This document shows, piece by piece, positions 27,724 to 36,398 of a DNA stretch of 64,000 nt. Numbering within the stretch: the stretch's first letter is position 1; every line of letters starts with the position of its first letter. The stretch lies in contig JAMCYI010000006.1 in NCBI GenBank assembly GCA_023474215.1, forward strand, positions 65,452-129,451, written 5' to 3'. The position numbers and the translations under genes were made by a program. The notes under the pieces were generated by a model. It was not told the DNA's origin and did no database searches. It saw nothing but the letters and a program-made list of their open reading frames with translations. The stretch comes from Patescibacteria group bacterium (GTDB lineage: Bacteria > Patescibacteriota > Minisyncoccia > UBA6257 > GWB1-50-10).

Positions 27724-28037
27724 GGCCTCCGCATGTCAAAATAATCCTCCGCTCGCACGCTCCTCGCCACCCAACTCGCCTGTACGGGCGGGGGGGCCTG
27801 GCTCGGCACGCGGCTCGCTTCGGTTATTTTAGAGGACATACTCCGGCAATATTCACTCAGGAAGAATTGAAATTTCCCTTGGGAGTAAGAACTAAAGTGA
27901 CTTCGGGAATTTCTAATTTTATTAAACAAACCGTCTCGCAGGACGAGCGGGCATGGTTTCCGCGAAGCGGAAGAGCGAGTCCGAGAGCGAGCGGCCAAAC
28001 CTCGCTGGGGTTTGGCATAGCGTGTTTGCGTATAAAA

Positions 28038-29528
28038 TTAGGAATTCCTGAGGAAAATGATGTAGGCCTTGCCGTCCGTGAAGAAAGGTTCCGCTGCAAA
28101 ATTTTCCCCCATCATAGGGTGGACGAATTGCACCTTCGATTCGCTCGTAACGAGGCCCGATTGCAAAAGGTCGCTTGCTATATAATCGCGCTCCGTATCG
28201 ATGTCCGGGCTGATCTGGTGGTAAACCAAATAGCTGGTAAGTCCGCTGTCGAAACTCGCCGATGCGACCCACACCGGCTGACCGGCATAAAGAAACCTCG
28301 TTTGCCAAAACCTCGTGTGGTGCCGGACGATGAAGGTGCCGCCGACGTTCTTTTCGAAGGTTATGAGCTGAGGTTCGGCGTTCAAAAACGACGGTGAAGC
28401 TGGTGCCGCAGGGTACGGCTTTCCCTCGATCGCCGCAAGGCCGAGCTTTATGAAATTCGCCGTCGTCGGCGGGTCGGCAACGACCCATCCTTCGTTGAAG
28501 AAGGCTTGCTTCAAGCTCGCCTCGGATCCCACAACAATGAGGCTCATGGGTTCCATGGGGTCGCCGGCGATTGACTCCGAAAACTTCGGAAAACTGCTCT
28601 CAGCGACGAGACCTTCGATGCTCGACGTTGCGGAGACCACGACCGGGCTCGCAGGCAAAGGAGGAATTTTGTATTCGAGCGGATTGTTATTGTAAAAATA
28701 CACGATGAAGACGATTGCAAGCGCCAAAAGCCCCGCCGTTATCTGATAGATGGATCGTTTTTGAAAAACTGGGACCTTATCCATCGGCCTCTTACCCTCC
28801 AATTCTTTCATGAGGAAGGCGGAAAGGACTGCGATCGCAAGACCGAGCGTCCAGCCGCCCAAAACGTCTGACGTCCAATGGACGCCCAAATAAATCCGCG
28901 AAAGGCCGACGTTCAAGGGAATGAATATCGCAAGGAACCACCAAAACGCTTTTGCGGACTTTTTTTCCACCATTCTCGAAATGAGATAGCAGCCGAATCC
29001 GTAAAAGACGACCGAACCGACCGAATGTCCGCTCGGGAACGAGAAGCCGCTGCGGGGCACGAGCGCATACCAAAGGCTCGGGCGCGGACGCGCGATGATA
29101 AGTTTCATGACGGCGTACGAGACCTCGCCGAAAAGGAGAGTGAAGGCGGAAAAAAGCGCTTCCCTTTTCTTCCCCAGCATGAGAAAGAGGAGGACGAGAA
29201 CCACCGCAAGGACAAGGACGCCCTGAACGTCGCCGAGGTCGGTGAAGAGCAAAAAATACTTGGCGAATGACAGGTTCCTGAAGGTATACAAGAAGTTGGT
29301 AATGCTCTGGTCAAGCGCCGCAGATTCGCGGGAAACGACATCGAAGGCTATTTCAAGAAAAACAAAGAAGAGGACTAAGCTTGAGAGCAACCCGCCCGTA
29401 AACCGCCGGCCGTAAGGTTTGCTTTTCGAAAAGCGCTTTCCGAGGAACGCCGCGAGCGCGGGATGCTTCTTTTCAAATCTCTTCAAGGTCGGGTTTTCTT
29501 CCAACCACTCTTTCATATCCTCTTTCAT
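28038..29528 (-). CDS. PAP2-family phosphatase fused to a C-terminal LssY_C-like domain
   Basis: Multi-TM N-terminal half with PAP2 motifs (KLIIARPRP, SFPSGHS, SRIYLGVHWTSDV), then a ~280-aa extracytoplasmic region matching the LssY C-terminal pattern. Confidence 0.65.
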   Translation of the reverse strand: MKEDMKEWLEENPTLKRFEKKHPALAAFLGKRFSKSKPYGRRFTGGLLSSLVLFFVFLEIAFDVVSRESAALDQSITNFLYTFRNLSFAKYFLLFTDLGDVQGVLVLAVVLVLLFLMLGKKREALFSAFTLLFGEVSYAVMKLIIARPRPSLWYALVPRSGFSFPSGHSVGSVVFYGFGCYLISRMVEKKSAKAFWWFLAIFIPLNVGLSRIYLGVHWTSDVLGGWTLGLAIAVLSAFLMKELEGKRPMDKVPVFQKRSIYQITAGLLALAIVFIVYFYNNNPLEYKIPPLPASPVVVSATSSIEGLVAESSFPKFSESIAGDPMEPMSLIVVGSEASLKQAFFNEGWVVADPPTTANFIKLGLAAIEGKPYPAAPASPSFLNAEPQLITFEKNVGGTFIVRHHTRFWQTRFLYAGQPVWVASASFDSGLTSYLVYHQISPDIDTERDYIASDLLQSGLVTSESKVQFVHPMMGENFAAEPFFTDGKAYIIFLRNS

Positions 29529-29554
29529 GGCGTTCTGATATTATAAAAGAACCC

Positions 29555-30721
29555 ATGGAAACTGAAAACCGGAACCGAAGGACGATCTTGGTTTTTGCGG
29601 CAGCATCGTTCTTGAATGACATCGGCCATTACCTCATTACCGTCATTTGGCCGATATTCTTGACGAGCGTTCTCGGCGCTTCGACCACCTTTTTGGGTCT
29701 CGTCGACGGCTTGGGTGACGCCTTGGCCTCGATTTCCCAAGCTTTATCGGGAATGGCTTCCGACCGGATCAAAAAACGGAAGGTTTTCATTTGGGCCGGC
29801 TACCTTGCCGCATCGCTCGGCCGAGTCATTTACTTCATGTCCCAAACAACATGGCAGCTCATACCGGGAAAGATTTTGGACCGCGGCGGCAAGATGAGGG
29901 ATGCGCCGCGCGATGCAGCCGTGGCGGATATCAAAAAACACGGCTCCCGCGCCACCGCTTTCGGCATGCTTCGGGCAGCCGACCGGGTCGGTGCGCTTCT
30001 CGGCCTCATGACATCGGCGATCCTCATCGGCTACTTCACCTATCGGCAGCTTTTCCTTTTGGCTGCCGTGCCTTCGCTTATTGGCTCCCTCCTCATTCTT
30101 TTTCTCATCAAGGATTCGCACGGCGCGGATGAGCAGCATCCTTTTTCGCTTTCCCTTCGTTCAGTGAACCGCGATTTAAAGCTCTTGATCCTTGCTTCGC
30201 TCATCTTCACGCTCGGCACGTTTTCTGATTCCTTTTACATCCTTGTCACGAAGACGAGTGGCTTTCCCGTCGAAACGGTGACCTTTCTCTATGCTGCATT
30301 CCTCGTTACGGCGGCTGCCTCCGCCGTGCCGTTCGGCAAACTCGCCGACCGCAGGAACCGCCGTTCGGTGATCATGATTTCTTATCTCTTCTTCATCATC
30401 ACCAATCTTCTCTTCGCTGCTTCGCATTCCCTCATTGGATTTCTCGCCGCTTTCTTTTGCTACGGGCTTTTTTACGGAGCGTACCGAGGAAATATCAAGA
30501 CCCTCGTCGCGGATCTTTCGCCGCAGGGCGTTCGGGCAAGCTCTTTGGGGACCTTCGGCATGCTCGTGGGTCTTGTGGGACTCCCCGCTTCGCTCATGGC
30601 CGGGTTTTTATGGCAAGCGGTTGATCCGAGAATACCGTTCGTCCTTTCAATATTCTTGAGCTTTATCTCCCTCGTTCTCCTTTCTTTCGTTCGGGAAAGG
30701 GCGGAAAAAGCGGATGCTTAA
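29555..30721 (+). CDS. MFS transporter
   Basis: 388 aa, about 12 TM, with MFS-like loop motifs. Its 3' end overlaps the convergent VKOR gene by about 75 nt. Confidence 0.8.
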   Translation: METENRNRRTILVFAAASFLNDIGHYLITVIWPIFLTSVLGASTTFLGLVDGLGDALASISQALSGMASDRIKKRKVFIWAGYLAASLGRVIYFMSQTTWQLIPGKILDRGGKMRDAPRDAAVADIKKHGSRATAFGMLRAADRVGALLGLMTSAILIGYFTYRQLFLLAAVPSLIGSLLILFLIKDSHGADEQHPFSLSLRSVNRDLKLLILASLIFTLGTFSDSFYILVTKTSGFPVETVTFLYAAFLVTAAASAVPFGKLADRRNRRSVIMISYLFFIITNLLFAASHSLIGFLAAFFCYGLFYGAYRGNIKTLVADLSPQGVRASSLGTFGMLVGLVGLPASLMAGFLWQAVDPRIPFVLSIFLSFISLVLLSFVRERAEKADA

Positions 30722-31141
30722 AAGGAAAACGATCGTCGTTATCGCAGCCGAGGTCATGCAGTAAAGGCAAATCGAGTCAAGGACGAAAAGTTGGATAGAA
30801 ACCAAACCGAGGGAAATAAGGAAGCCGGCAGTCGATAAGACGGCGACGACCTTCATCGATCGTTCGTTTTTTCGATCGAGTGAAAAAACCGAAAGGAGAA
30901 CCATCGCCAAATAGTACGCCGCCCCGAAAAGGGCGAGCGGAACGCCGAAGACGGTCGAGTAAACGCTTGTTGTCACTTTCTCGCAGCCGTTCACGATGGA
31001 ACACGGGAGCGGGATTGCAAAGTAATGACTGACCGTAAGATAGGAAGCGTCGATAAATCCCAACGCCGCACAAACGAGGATTGCGACGACGATCTTATTG
31101 ACCGCCGAGGGACTGCTGGATGATTTGTTTGAAAGCGTCAT
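30647..31141 (-). CDS. vitamin K epoxide reductase (VKOR) family protein
   Basis: 4-5 TM with the loop cysteine pair (CSIVNGCEK) and CXXC in the last TM (CLYCMTSAA). Immediately downstream of, and overlapping, the DsbA-like gene. Confidence 0.7.
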   Translation of the reverse strand: MTLSNKSSSSPSAVNKIVVAILVCAALGFIDASYLTVSHYFAIPLPCSIVNGCEKVTTSVYSTVFGVPLALFGAAYYLAMVLLSVFSLDRKNERSMKVVAVLSTAGFLISLGLVSIQLFVLDSICLYCMTSAAITTIVFLLSIRFFRPFPNERKENEGDKAQEY

Positions 31142-31769
31142 AGCTCGTCGGATTTTGTATGATTTTTCCGTTCACAATGAACGTCGGCGTATACGTCAAC
31201 CCCATCTTCAAATCGTTTTCGTAATCCCCTTGGATTTTCGAGGTTGTCGTCGCCGAATTCATATCCGCACTGAATTGGCCGGCATTCAACCCCAATTGTG
31301 AAGCGTATGTTTCGAACGTTTTCTCCGCATCCGCGGGGCTTTCGCCGGACCACGTATTTTGATTTTGGAAGAGCAGGTCGTGCATCTGCCAGAACTTGCC
31401 TTGCGCTCCGGCTGCTTCCGCGGCGGCGGCGGACAGCGCCGCATTCGGATGGATCGTTTCAAGCGGGAAATAGCGGTATGCAAAATATATCTTTCCGTTG
31501 AAATCTTTCATCAACTGATTGAGAACCGGCGCATAAACTGCGCACACCGGGCACTCAAAGTCGCCGTACTCGATGAGCGTAGTCGTTGCGTTCGGATCCC
31601 CTTCCGTCCAATCCGACGACGCTATCGGCGGAATAAGGCCGATCCCCGCTTGGGCGCCTCCTTGATTCGTCGGCGAAGTCTTTGCAAGTTCGATAAGTCC
31701 GTATACGACGCCGACGACCGCTATGATGACGATCCCCCAGGTCAATACGCTTTTTGATTTCATGTTCAT
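31095..31769 (-). CDS. DsbA-like thiol:disulfide oxidoreductase, membrane-anchored
   Basis: N-terminal TM plus a thioredoxin fold with CPVC (TLIEYGDFECPVCAVYAP). Confidence 0.75.
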   Translation of the reverse strand: MNMKSKSVLTWGIVIIAVVGVVYGLIELAKTSPTNQGGAQAGIGLIPPIASSDWTEGDPNATTTLIEYGDFECPVCAVYAPVLNQLMKDFNGKIYFAYRYFPLETIHPNAALSAAAAEAAGAQGKFWQMHDLLFQNQNTWSGESPADAEKTFETYASQLGLNAGQFSADMNSATTTSKIQGDYENDLKMGLTYTPTFIVNGKIIQNPTSYDAFKQIIQQSLGGQ

Positions 31770-31857
31770 TTATCATACCTTCGTCGAAGGAAAAAGAAAA
31801 GCTAAAGACAAATCCCGCCGGCCTATGGACCGGCGGGACTCTCCTTCGCGTGCCGAA

Positions 31858-32082
31858 TTACGCACCCTTCTTCCCGAGGGCGGCCCAAACCGAGAGCACC
31901 GCAACAATGATACCGCCTATCAGATAATAGGTTTCGGACATGGAAGACGTGAGGGCCATGATCACGATGATCACGCCGACAATGAAGTTAACCCACTGTT
32001 TCCACATATTTTTATTTGAGAGCCTACTTGCGTAGGATCCAGAATCGGCCTTTCTTTTATTATACATCATAGCGATATACAA
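31858..32082 (-). CDS. small 2-TM membrane protein
   Basis: 74 aa with two hydrophobic helices (WVNFIVGVIIVIMALTS...YYLIGGIIVAVLSVWAALG). The start is ambiguous. Confidence 0.35.
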   Translation of the reverse strand: MYIAMMYNKRKADSGSYASRLSNKNMWKQWVNFIVGVIIVIMALTSSMSETYYLIGGIIVAVLSVWAALGKKGA

Positions 32083-32093
32083 TGAGAGGAACC

Positions 32094-32342
32094 ATGCTCG
32101 AAGAACTTATTGCAAGCTCCCGGCTTCCTTACACGGATAAAAGCGTGTGGATAGAATTCATACTTCCCCACTTGACCAGCGAACAGAAACTCATGTTCTT
32201 CGAGGAGTTGAATTTTTCGTCGTATGCCCTCGAAAATTACACTGAAAGCTTCAAACTCAAGAAGCGCCTCGCGAGCGACGATCCGAAGGCGTTCAAAAAT
32301 TTGGTCAAAGAAGAACTCGAAGAAATCGCCGCAAAACAATGA
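32094..32342 (+). CDS. hypothetical small protein
   Basis: About 82 aa (MLEELIASSRLPYTDKSVWIEFILPHLTSEQK...). It overlaps the next gene by ATGA, so the two are probably co-translated. Confidence 0.4.
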   Translation: MLEELIASSRLPYTDKSVWIEFILPHLTSEQKLMFFEELNFSSYALENYTESFKLKKRLASDDPKAFKNLVKEELEEIAAKQ

Positions 32343-33283
32343 AATTCGAAGTGATGCACTCTCACGAAAACCGGATGGAGTCGAGGGAAATGACCCCTCA
32401 AGAACTCAGCGCGTACGCCGAAGCGATGGAGAGCAACACAATCCGGACCATCCGGAAAGAAAAAAACGAAAAGACGAGAAATAAAATGTTCCGAAAGCTC
32501 GCTTTGTGGGGTACTCTCACCATGCTCGCTATCGCAGCTCCGGAAGTAAAAGCCCAAGACAAAACAGCTATTTCCGACTCGACGAAGATCGAGAGAATAG
32601 CCGATCAAAGGGAACGCCTTGAAAAGGCCCTCAAGCACAATGAATACCCGGTGGATCCGGCGATCTTGGAAGTTTTTTACCGGGCCATGACCACGAACCA
32701 GGCGGTGGCACGCGAGGAGCTGAGACAGGAAGGGATGGAGCCAGCCGGAGGATTTTTGAAAAAGAATTTTCTTGACGCGCCCGAACGGCTCAAAAATTTC
32801 AAAGGCGGCCTCGAAAAGCTGGGCCTCCCGGAAGGAACCGTGGATAGCCTCGCGAAGATCTTCGCGTCAAAGGATGTCATTGTTCTCAACAATGATCTTT
32901 TCAAGAATGAGCAAAAATTCAAGGAAGTTCTCCTTCACGAGCGGATTCACGAAGCCATGAACGACCTCAGAACAGAGGACCTCGACAGTTTGAAGGCGGG
33001 TTACGAAGACGTGATCAACCATGCGTCGATACCCGTGAATCCCGATTCCAATTTCGGATTATCCGAGGAATCATTCCTCCAAGATAAGATGGATACGGCG
33101 AATGTCGGATCGTACGGCTGGTACACCGTCCTCGCCACCATGAATTGGGATGAGTTCTATCCTTATCTCGCGAACGGCAAATTCGTCCCCCGCGTCGAAG
33201 AGGAGGTCGAGAAGGCCCATCCGAGTGCCTACCGCATATTCAAGAAAATGGAAGAAGGAGCAAAAGTCGAAATACCAAAATAA
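32339..33283 (+). CDS. hypothetical membrane-anchored protein with an HExxH motif
   Basis: 314 aa. It has a signal-anchor (LALWGTLTMLAIAAP) and the motif LLHERIHEAMN. No family recognised. Confidence 0.5.
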   Translation: MKFEVMHSHENRMESREMTPQELSAYAEAMESNTIRTIRKEKNEKTRNKMFRKLALWGTLTMLAIAAPEVKAQDKTAISDSTKIERIADQRERLEKALKHNEYPVDPAILEVFYRAMTTNQAVAREELRQEGMEPAGGFLKKNFLDAPERLKNFKGGLEKLGLPEGTVDSLAKIFASKDVIVLNNDLFKNEQKFKEVLLHERIHEAMNDLRTEDLDSLKAGYEDVINHASIPVNPDSNFGLSEESFLQDKMDTANVGSYGWYTVLATMNWDEFYPYLANGKFVPRVEEEVEKAHPSAYRIFKKMEEGAKVEIPK

Positions 33284-33287
33284 TTTC

Positions 33288-33866
33288 ATGAACACTTTAT
33301 CTATTGAGAAGTCGAAAACGGCGCTCGTCGTCGTCGATCTCCAAAAAGGGATCGTCGGAGGGCAAACGGCGCCTTATGCTGCGGGCGACGTCGTAAAAAA
33401 CGCCGCGGCTATCGCTGACGCGTTCCGCGCGAACGGCATGCCGGTTTTTCTCGTTCGCGTCACACCGTCTCCCGACGGCAAAGACGCGCTTCACCCGGCA
33501 GCCGACGCGCCCATGACGCCGCCTTCGTCGCGCGGGGCCGACTGGGCCGAGATCGTTCCCGAAGTGGGGCCAAAGGCCGGCGACTTCGTCATTACCAAGC
33601 ATCAATGGGGAGCCTTTTACGGCACCGAGCTCGATCTTGAACTCCGGCGGCGCGGCATTTCGACCATCGTTCTCTGCGGCATCTCGACGAATATCGGCGT
33701 CGAATCGACGGCGCGGTTCGCCTATGAATACGGCTACGACCAAATCTTTGCCGAGGACGCTTCGGCTGCCAGATCACCCGAAGAACATACCGCAACGATG
33801 ACAAAAATTTTTCCCCGCATCGGTCTCGTCCGAAAGACCGATGAAATCCTCGACGCACTCCGGTAG
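33288..33866 (+). CDS. isochorismatase-family cysteine hydrolase
   Basis: TALVVVDLQKGIV, ITKHQWGAFYGTELD and TIVLCGISTNIGVESTAR give the Asp/Lys/Cys catalytic-triad pattern. The start was trimmed to MNTLSIEK. Confidence 0.75.
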   Translation: MNTLSIEKSKTALVVVDLQKGIVGGQTAPYAAGDVVKNAAAIADAFRANGMPVFLVRVTPSPDGKDALHPAADAPMTPPSSRGADWAEIVPEVGPKAGDFVITKHQWGAFYGTELDLELRRRGISTIVLCGISTNIGVESTARFAYEYGYDQIFAEDASAARSPEEHTATMTKIFPRIGLVRKTDEILDALR

Positions 33867-33930
33867 ACACGAATCCATAAAAATCAAAGCCGTTCAAGTG
33901 ACATTGAACGGCTTTTTGTTCTTTTACCCC

Positions 33931-34419
33931 CTAAGGTTTTCCGGTTTTTCCAACGAAGATATCCCCCATTGACGACCGCACCATTTTGAACGTACGGTCG
34001 GTCTTCTTCACAAACCAGCTTTCCGGCGGAACGGCGATCTTCAAGAAAAACACTTCTGCCGTCCCTTCGACGTCCGCCACGACAAGCGAGTCGTTCGTCG
34101 TCGGCACCGCAATCATTTGCGCCCGAACGATTTGATACTCCCTTTCGGGTACCAGAAAATCGCTGTTGTTCCGTAAATCATTCAACCTTCCGTTTTCTTG
34201 GTTTTCATCCAAGAGTAAGTTCCCAATGGGGAACATCACGAGGATGAAAATGAAGATGAAGATCGAACCGGCGACGAGCGATGGCAGCGGTCGAGAGGGT
34301 ATTTCTTCGCCCATCTTCTTGGAATATTCGTCCGCTATCCCCTTTAAGGCCCACCCGAGCGTGACCCCTAAAAGAGAACAAGGAACAATAAGGGAAATGA
34401 GAACTTGATTCTCAAACAT
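33931..34419 (-). CDS. hypothetical membrane protein
   Basis: 162 aa with two N-terminal TM segments and a soluble C-terminal domain. No motif recognised. Confidence 0.45.
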   Translation of the reverse strand: MFENQVLISLIVPCSLLGVTLGWALKGIADEYSKKMGEEIPSRPLPSLVAGSIFIFIFILVMFPIGNLLLDENQENGRLNDLRNNSDFLVPEREYQIVRAQMIAVPTTNDSLVVADVEGTAEVFFLKIAVPPESWFVKKTDRTFKMVRSSMGDIFVGKTGKP

Positions 34420-34474
34420 ATGACACCTCCAGTTTTTTTGTACTGGAGTTCATGGTAATCGAATCCCCACTTTT

Positions 34475-35236
34475 TTAAAAGAGGTGAAGGAAAGGACTCA
34501 CGGGACTCACGATGGAAGAAAGAGCGTCCCACGGGATCGTCGTTGTTGCCGATCCCGAAGCATACGGGCCCACTTGGTATTCTTGAAAATGCAGAATGAG
34601 CGCATGCGGCGTTATATTAAATACTTCGAAATTTGCAGGGTCCGCCGCCAATCCCCCGCTTTGGGTGATATATTCCGACGTTGAAAAGTACGTGCCGTTT
34701 TTGATCTGATCCGCGATATCGTTCGCGGCGTAATCAGCAATGACATTCAAATAATCGGCCCCGGGAATGAAAAGATCGCTCAAGGCAATGTTCTTTCCTC
34801 GGGAAAGATCGAAGTTGACGGATATCATGGCGTCCGACGGGTGCGCCATGCCGACCAGAAAGCTTTCGGTAGAAAAGAGGACGCTGACGAAATCCGTCGA
34901 GGTCGCAACAACCGCTCCCTGCATGGTAAGCGTGCTTGTTCCGCCGGCAACGGCAACTTCGCTCAAATTTTGTTTAAAACCGTTTTCTTCATTTTGAACG
35001 ATCCCTGTTACGTATGCATTGAATGCGGCTGCATTCGTCCCTTTTTCGATTTCGGGATACGATCCGCTGATCGAGTATCCGGGCCCTTCTTCGTTGATCG
35101 ATCTCGTAACGATCACGGGTCCCGCGACCGGTTCTTGTTTCACGGGTGCGGCAAAAAATCCGTCGTACGCGATCGCTCCAATCGCAACGACCGCTACGAC
35201 GACACCGACGGTTGTTCGAAGTGTTTTCGGTTTCAT
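34475..35236 (-). CDS. DUF4163/DUF3298 (RsiV/PdaC-like) domain protein, membrane-anchored
   Basis: N-terminal TM; YSISGSYPEI...FNAYV (DUF4163-like) and ...HFQEYQVGPYASG...IPW (DUF3298-like). Confidence 0.5.
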   Translation of the reverse strand: MKPKTLRTTVGVVVAVVAIGAIAYDGFFAAPVKQEPVAGPVIVTRSINEEGPGYSISGSYPEIEKGTNAAAFNAYVTGIVQNEENGFKQNLSEVAVAGGTSTLTMQGAVVATSTDFVSVLFSTESFLVGMAHPSDAMISVNFDLSRGKNIALSDLFIPGADYLNVIADYAANDIADQIKNGTYFSTSEYITQSGGLAADPANFEVFNITPHALILHFQEYQVGPYASGSATTTIPWDALSSIVSPVSPFLHLF

Positions 35237-36348
35237 CGTCCGGTGAGCCGCTGATACTCCGATAAAAACCTTTCAAAGGTGGCCGACCAAGACATGCCGT
35301 GCGCCGATCGCACTGCCGTATCTTTCATTTTTTGCCGTGCATCGGGATGATCGAGGAGGAAATTCACTTTTTCTGAAAAATCGCGGGCATCCTTCGGCCG
35401 AGCAAGAAAACCATCCTCGCCGTTCCGGACTACCGATTTCGACCCTCCTTCGTCGGCAACCACCGGGATCACCCCCGAAGCCATCGCTTCAAGTGTGACA
35501 CTGCCGAACGTTTCGGTCGTCGACGGAAAGAGAAAAACATCCGAAGAAGCGTATGCACGCGAAAGCTCGGAACCTTCCAAACGACCCGTAAAAACCGCGC
35601 CGGGCATAAGAGCCTCAAGTCCCTTGCGCGCCGGTCCGTCCCCCACGACAACCATCCTGAAATCCCGTCGCTTTTCCTTGAGAAGCACATAGGCTGCCGA
35701 AAGCGTCCTTAAATCCTTCTCCCATGTGAGGCGACAAACGCAAAGGACCATCGAAGACGCTTCTCCGTGGAGGGTATCTTGGCGCCACAGATCGGAACGG
35801 AAGCGCGGATTGAATCGCTCGAGGTCGACCCCCCATCCTATAGTTACGATGTTCCGTATGCCATGCTTCTTGAGATCCAAGGCAACGACATCCGACTGCG
35901 TTGTGACGACGGCGACACGGTTATAGAGGCTCCTTAAAAGAAACCACACGAACTTGTCCAAAAAGCCGAGATGATAGTATGAAAGGTACTTGGGAAAATC
36001 GGTATGGTGGGTTGCAACGACCGGCAACGTGCGTTTCTTCGCATATTTGAGCGCCGACCATGCACCCGTATCCGGACTGTGGATATGGAGGATGTCCGGG
36101 TGAAAGGCATCCAACTCCTTTTCGAAACTCCGTTCCCCGCACACCGGAAAGCGGTACTCGGGATAGAGAGGGAACTTCATCGAAGGGACTACGATGGTCG
36201 GTACCGGCACGCTTTCAGGATCCGCCGTCCACCCCGTGACGATGACGCTTTCGATCCCGCGCCGCTTGGCTTCCCGAACAAGATCGAGGAGGACCCGGAC
36301 GGCTCCGTCTTGTTTTTTGATCGTTGCTATAAAAAAGGCTATTCTCAC
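35233..36348 (-). CDS. glycosyltransferase family 4 (GT-B)
   Basis: N-terminal MRIAFF...GGAVRVLLDL and a C-terminal E..FG.V.LEAMASG.P.V motif. Confidence 0.8.
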   Translation of the reverse strand: MRIAFFIATIKKQDGAVRVLLDLVREAKRRGIESVIVTGWTADPESVPVPTIVVPSMKFPLYPEYRFPVCGERSFEKELDAFHPDILHIHSPDTGAWSALKYAKKRTLPVVATHHTDFPKYLSYYHLGFLDKFVWFLLRSLYNRVAVVTTQSDVVALDLKKHGIRNIVTIGWGVDLERFNPRFRSDLWRQDTLHGEASSMVLCVCRLTWEKDLRTLSAAYVLLKEKRRDFRMVVVGDGPARKGLEALMPGAVFTGRLEGSELSRAYASSDVFLFPSTTETFGSVTLEAMASGVIPVVADEGGSKSVVRNGEDGFLARPKDARDFSEKVNFLLDHPDARQKMKDTAVRSAHGMSWSATFERFLSEYQRLTGR

Positions 36349-36398
36349 CTCCCCATCTTATCATTTGACGCACCTTTCTCACAACTTATAATGAGGTT

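Noticed and set aside
27471-28037. Possible RNase P RNA, tmRNA, SRP RNA or 6S RNA in the long spacer
   Set aside because: I checked both strands for P4-type GGAAAGUCCGGGC, tmRNA GGUUCGAxUCC plus UCCACCA ends, and the SRP GGAAGCAGC domain IV motif. None was found. Only a partial resemblance (GAACCCCCGGCUUUCAG) was seen, which is insufficient.
30647-30721. A 75-nt convergent overlap between the MFS gene 3' end and the VKOR gene 3' end, as a possible frameshift or fusion
   Set aside because: Both proteins look complete at their C-termini. The overlap probably reflects real convergent overlap or a slightly shorter true end. There is no evidence of a disrupted gene.
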